Of a stretch of 64,000 nt of DNA, positions 61,303 to 64,000 are shown one piece after another. The position numbers and the translations under genes are program-made. Every line of letters starts with the position of its first letter. Positions within the stretch are counted from its first letter, which is position 1. Source of the stretch: Floricoccus penangensis (GTDB lineage Bacteria > Bacillota > Bacilli > Lactobacillales > Streptococcaceae); the NCBI RefSeq assembly GCF_001832885.1, contig NZ_MKIQ01000001.1, positions 37,017-101,016 of the forward strand, in the 5' to 3' direction. The notes below the pieces were generated by a model, which saw nothing but the letters and a program-made list of their open reading frames with translations, had not been told where the DNA came from and did no database searches.

Positions 61303-62431
61303 AATTTTACCAATTCTATTATTATTTTTTTTAGTAGGATTGATAGTAATTGGAGGGCTTCGAATAATAAAAAATAATAATTCAAATCAAAAAGATGTGG
61401 AAAAAATATATGAAGCTTGGTCTAGTAAATATATGTCAGACAGTAGCCAAGGGAGCTTTGTAAATACGGGTAAAGATAAGAGAATGACAGTCTCAGAAGC
61501 ACAAGGTTATGGAATGCTTATTGAAATTGAGGCGTCAAAAAATGGTTGGTCTAATCAAGAAAATTTTGATAAGCTAACTGAATATTATAAAGCTCATACA
61601 ATTTCTGAAAACAATAATTTAATGGCTTGGAAACAAACTGAGGCTGCAAATTCAACGTCAATGCTGACAAGCAATGAAAACAATACTAGCGCTACTGATG
61701 GTGATTTAGATATAGCTTATGCCCTATTTGAGGCTGATGATCTATGGGGTAGTGATGGGAATTATAATTATAAAGAAATTGCAAATTCTATCCTTAATGA
61801 TTTATTAAAATATAATTATCAATCAAGCAACAATCTTTTGCTAGTTGGTGATTGGTCAAGGTCAACTGAGGATAAGAATAGCTTAGTAAGGACATCTGAT
61901 TTGATTGTTCCTTATTATCAGTATTTCTACAAAAAGACTGGAGTGGATACGTGGAAGTTAATTGCTGACAAGTCGATAAAAGTTTTAAATGACCTAAGCT
62001 CAAAAACTGATACAGGCTTGATGCCAGACTTTATTCAAGTTTATGGGGATGATGTGCAAATAGCAAATGGTAAAGTACTTGAAAGTGAACATGATGGTGA
62101 TTATTACTGGAATGCTAACAGAGTACCTTTACGCTTAGTAGGAAGTGGAGATGAACTTGCTCAAACCAAGGAAAAGCTACTTACTTTTTTCTCTAAACAG
62201 AAATCAATAAGTGCTGGTTATGGACTAAATGGGCAAGCTTTGGTAGACTATTCTTCAACTGCCTTTACATCACCGGTTGCGGTTCTTGCTAATCAGGAAG
62301 ATCCTAAAAGCAATTTGGCTTTGAAAAGCAAAAATGAGACTTTGAAAAATGCTTTGGGGAGCAGTTACTATGCAGATACTTTACAAGTACTATCTGCCTT
62401 TACTATTTTAAATATGGAGGAAAAAAATTGA
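61289..62431 (+). CDS. Membrane-anchored glycoside hydrolase family 8 (BcsZ/PssZ-like endoglucanase), 380 aa
   Basis: N-terminal TM anchor; GH8 catalytic-region motif TVSEAQGYGMLI, plus ATDGDLDIAYAL. Overlaps the GGDEF stop by 14 nt. Confidence 0.75.
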   Translation: MKKNKILPILLLFFLVGLIVIGGLRIIKNNNSNQKDVEKIYEAWSSKYMSDSSQGSFVNTGKDKRMTVSEAQGYGMLIEIEASKNGWSNQENFDKLTEYYKAHTISENNNLMAWKQTEAANSTSMLTSNENNTSATDGDLDIAYALFEADDLWGSDGNYNYKEIANSILNDLLKYNYQSSNNLLLVGDWSRSTEDKNSLVRTSDLIVPYYQYFYKKTGVDTWKLIADKSIKVLNDLSSKTDTGLMPDFIQVYGDDVQIANGKVLESEHDGDYYWNANRVPLRLVGSGDELAQTKEKLLTFFSKQKSISAGYGLNGQALVDYSSTAFTSPVAVLANQEDPKSNLALKSKNETLKNALGSSYYADTLQVLSAFTILNMEEKN

Positions 62432-64000
62432 ACATGCTGAATTTGAGCTTTCAACAAATTCTGATATTCGATGTAATTTTTGCCCTGGTCGTTTTTATAA
62501 TCTATCGACTGGCAATTCGTTATCAAATCTTTAAGAATACAATTATAATTATTTATTGGGTAGCAATGGTTGTGTATCTGGTATGGAGGCTCCTCTTTAC
62601 TATGCCACACGACAATATTGTCAATCTAATTGCAGGAATCTTACTATACGCAGCTGAAATCGGGGGATTTTTCCTGTCTACGGTATTTTACTTGTTATTT
62701 GCTAAGAAGCATAAACGTCCAGTTAAGACTCTAGCGGAGTTTAAGGATGGTAAATATCCGACTGTCAACGTCTTTATTGCAACATATAATGAAGATGAGA
62801 TGATTCTTAGTCGTATCATTACAGCAGCCAAGAACATGACTTATCCAGGGATTCATAAAGTCTATGTTTTAGATGATGGTCATCGTGATGAGATAAAAGT
62901 TCTTTCTGAAAAACTTGGTGTAAACTATGTAAACCGAGATAACAATGATCATGCAAAAGCAGGAAATCTTAATAATGGCCTAGATGTTACTGATGGCGAA
63001 TTGATTGTTACAATGGACGCAGATATGGTTCCACGTTCAGACTTTTTATTAAGAACGATTGGTTATTTTGCTGATGAAGAAGTTGGATTCATCCAATCAC
63101 CACAAACATTCTTTAACAATGATCCGTATCAATTTAACCTTTTTTCAGAAGGTCTTATAGCCAATGACCAGGACTTCTTTATGCAAAGTATAGAAGCGCA
63201 AAAAGATGCCTACAATGCAACTATGTATGTTGGTTCAAATGCTGTATTTAGACGTAAGGCTCTTGAAGATATCGGAGGATTCTCAACAGGCGTCATCACA
63301 GAAGATATGGCGACAGGAATGTTAGTTCAGGCTAAAGGCTGGAAGACAGCTTTTGTCAATGAGAACTTAGCCTCTGGTCTTGCTCCTGAAACATTCGGTG
63401 ACCTTATAACACAAAGAGACCGATGGGCACGTGGAAATATTCAAGTAGCTCGCAAATGGAATCCAATTTTTACCAAAGGTCTCACACTGATGCAAAGAAT
63501 CATCTATATGGACGGAATTCATTATTGGGTTTCAGGAATATATAAGATGATTTATCTCTTTGCCCCAATAGTCTTTCTTTTATTTGGAGTTTATAGTTTA
63601 CGTGCCTCACTCGCAGGAATCATGCTTTTTTGGTTTCCAGCCTTCATCACGTCACAGCTCGCCTTTAATACAGTAAGTGAAGGTCGTCAAACAATCATGT
63701 TAACCAACGTTTACGAGACTGTAATGGCACCGTATATGTCCTTTGCGGTAATGCGTGAAGCCCTCTTCTTGTCAAAAAATAAATTTGCTGTAACCAGAAA
63801 AGGTGTAAATACAGATGAAACTTATTATAACTGGCGACTAGCCATGCCTGTACTTGTAATTCTAGTACTGTCAATTTTAGCTTTGATCAAGGGAATTCTA
63901 ATAATGTTTGGAATTGTACCATTTAAGGAGCCTGTAAATGCTGTTTACATTAATGTTTTCTGGCTCTGCTATAATATTTCAGCTCTTGCTCTTGCTGCCT
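62428..64000 (+). CDS. BcsA-like processive family-2 glycosyltransferase (cellulose/EPS synthase catalytic subunit), N-terminal about 524 aa; 3' end beyond the window
   Basis: TTG/ATG start at 62428/62434 after GGAGG. TM helices flank a GT-A domain with DDG (YVLDDGH), DxD (TMDADM), TED (ITEDMATG) and QxxRW (QRDRWARG). Frame is open to nt 64000. Absent from the ORF track because no stop is reached. Confidence 0.85.
   Translation, partial: MNMLNLSFQQILIFDVIFALVVFIIYRLAIRYQIFKNTIIIIYWVAMVVYLVWRLLFTMPHDNIVNLIAGILLYAAEIGGFFLSTVFYLLFAKKHKRPVKTLAEFKDGKYPTVNVFIATYNEDEMILSRIITAAKNMTYPGIHKVYVLDDGHRDEIKVLSEKLGVNYVNRDNNDHAKAGNLNNGLDVTDGELIVTMDADMVPRSDFLLRTIGYFADEEVGFIQSPQTFFNNDPYQFNLFSEGLIANDQDFFMQSIEAQKDAYNATMYVGSNAVFRRKALEDIGGFSTGVITEDMATGMLVQAKGWKTAFVNENLASGLAPETFGDLITQRDRWARGNIQVARKWNPIFTKGLTLMQRIIYMDGIHYWVSGIYKMIYLFAPIVFLLFGVYSLRASLAGIMLFWFPAFITSQLAFNTVSEGRQTIMLTNVYETVMAPYMSFAVMREALFLSKNKFAVTRKGVNTDETYYNWRLAMPVLVILVLSILALIKGILIMFGIVPFKEPVNAVYINVFWLCYNISALALAA

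Noticed and set aside
1-64000. Looked for CRISPR arrays, prophage/integrase genes, intact IS elements and toxin-antitoxin pairs
   Set aside because: No regularly spaced direct repeats with unique spacers. No integrase, recombinase or DDE transposase ORF. Only a transposase-like HTH remnant (56265..56960) and small BOX-like repeats were found.

Overview
Low-GC (about 35%) Firmicute chromosome segment with Streptococcaceae-type gene order (Lactococcus/Streptococcus-like; the organism is not identified from sequence alone). The backbone runs as follows: the 3' end of mfd; a MOP-family flippase-like protein; an LPXTG-anchored 5'-nucleotidase; the conserved yabO(S4)-divIC-S1-tilS-hpt-ftsH block; an APC amino-acid permease; two tandem YitT-family paralogs; hisS-aspS behind a T-box leader; rpmF-rpmG; a DUF3290/DUF421 pair; arsR with a DJ-1/PfpI gene; an APH-like kinase with two tandem metallophosphoesterases; a 649-aa secreted protein; the phnDCEE phosphonate ABC transporter; flotillin; plsX-acpP; a Cof-type hydrolase; an ABC-F ATPase; dltXABCD plus an alpha/beta-hydrolase; signal peptidase I; T-box-trpS; a tandem-HD-domain protein; HlyIII; a glycerophosphodiester phosphodiesterase; recO; an aminotransferase; tRNA-Glu x2; a roughly 200-nt 6S-like sRNA candidate; tRNA-Lys(CUU); a HAD hydrolase; a GDPD-MFS operon; and cardiolipin synthase. 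The most unusual content is in the last ~5.5 kb. It is a tightly coupled operon: a standalone EAL phosphodiesterase, a polytopic-membrane GGDEF cyclase with an intact GGEEF site, a membrane-anchored GH8 glucanase, and a BcsA-like processive GT2 synthase carrying DDG/DAD/TED/QRDRW that runs off the window end. Together these look like a c-di-GMP-controlled exopolysaccharide (cellulose-like / Pss-like) machine, flanked by an XRE-type membrane regulator and decayed genes. Two further themes stand out. A modular BOX-like dispersed repeat occurs in 4 copies, one of them inserted inside the hisS T-box leader. There is also conspicuous gene decay: an opp operon remnant, an amber-interrupted DUF1211 gene, a 1-bp-frameshifted DJ-1 gene, a split MFS gene and a truncated XRE paralog.
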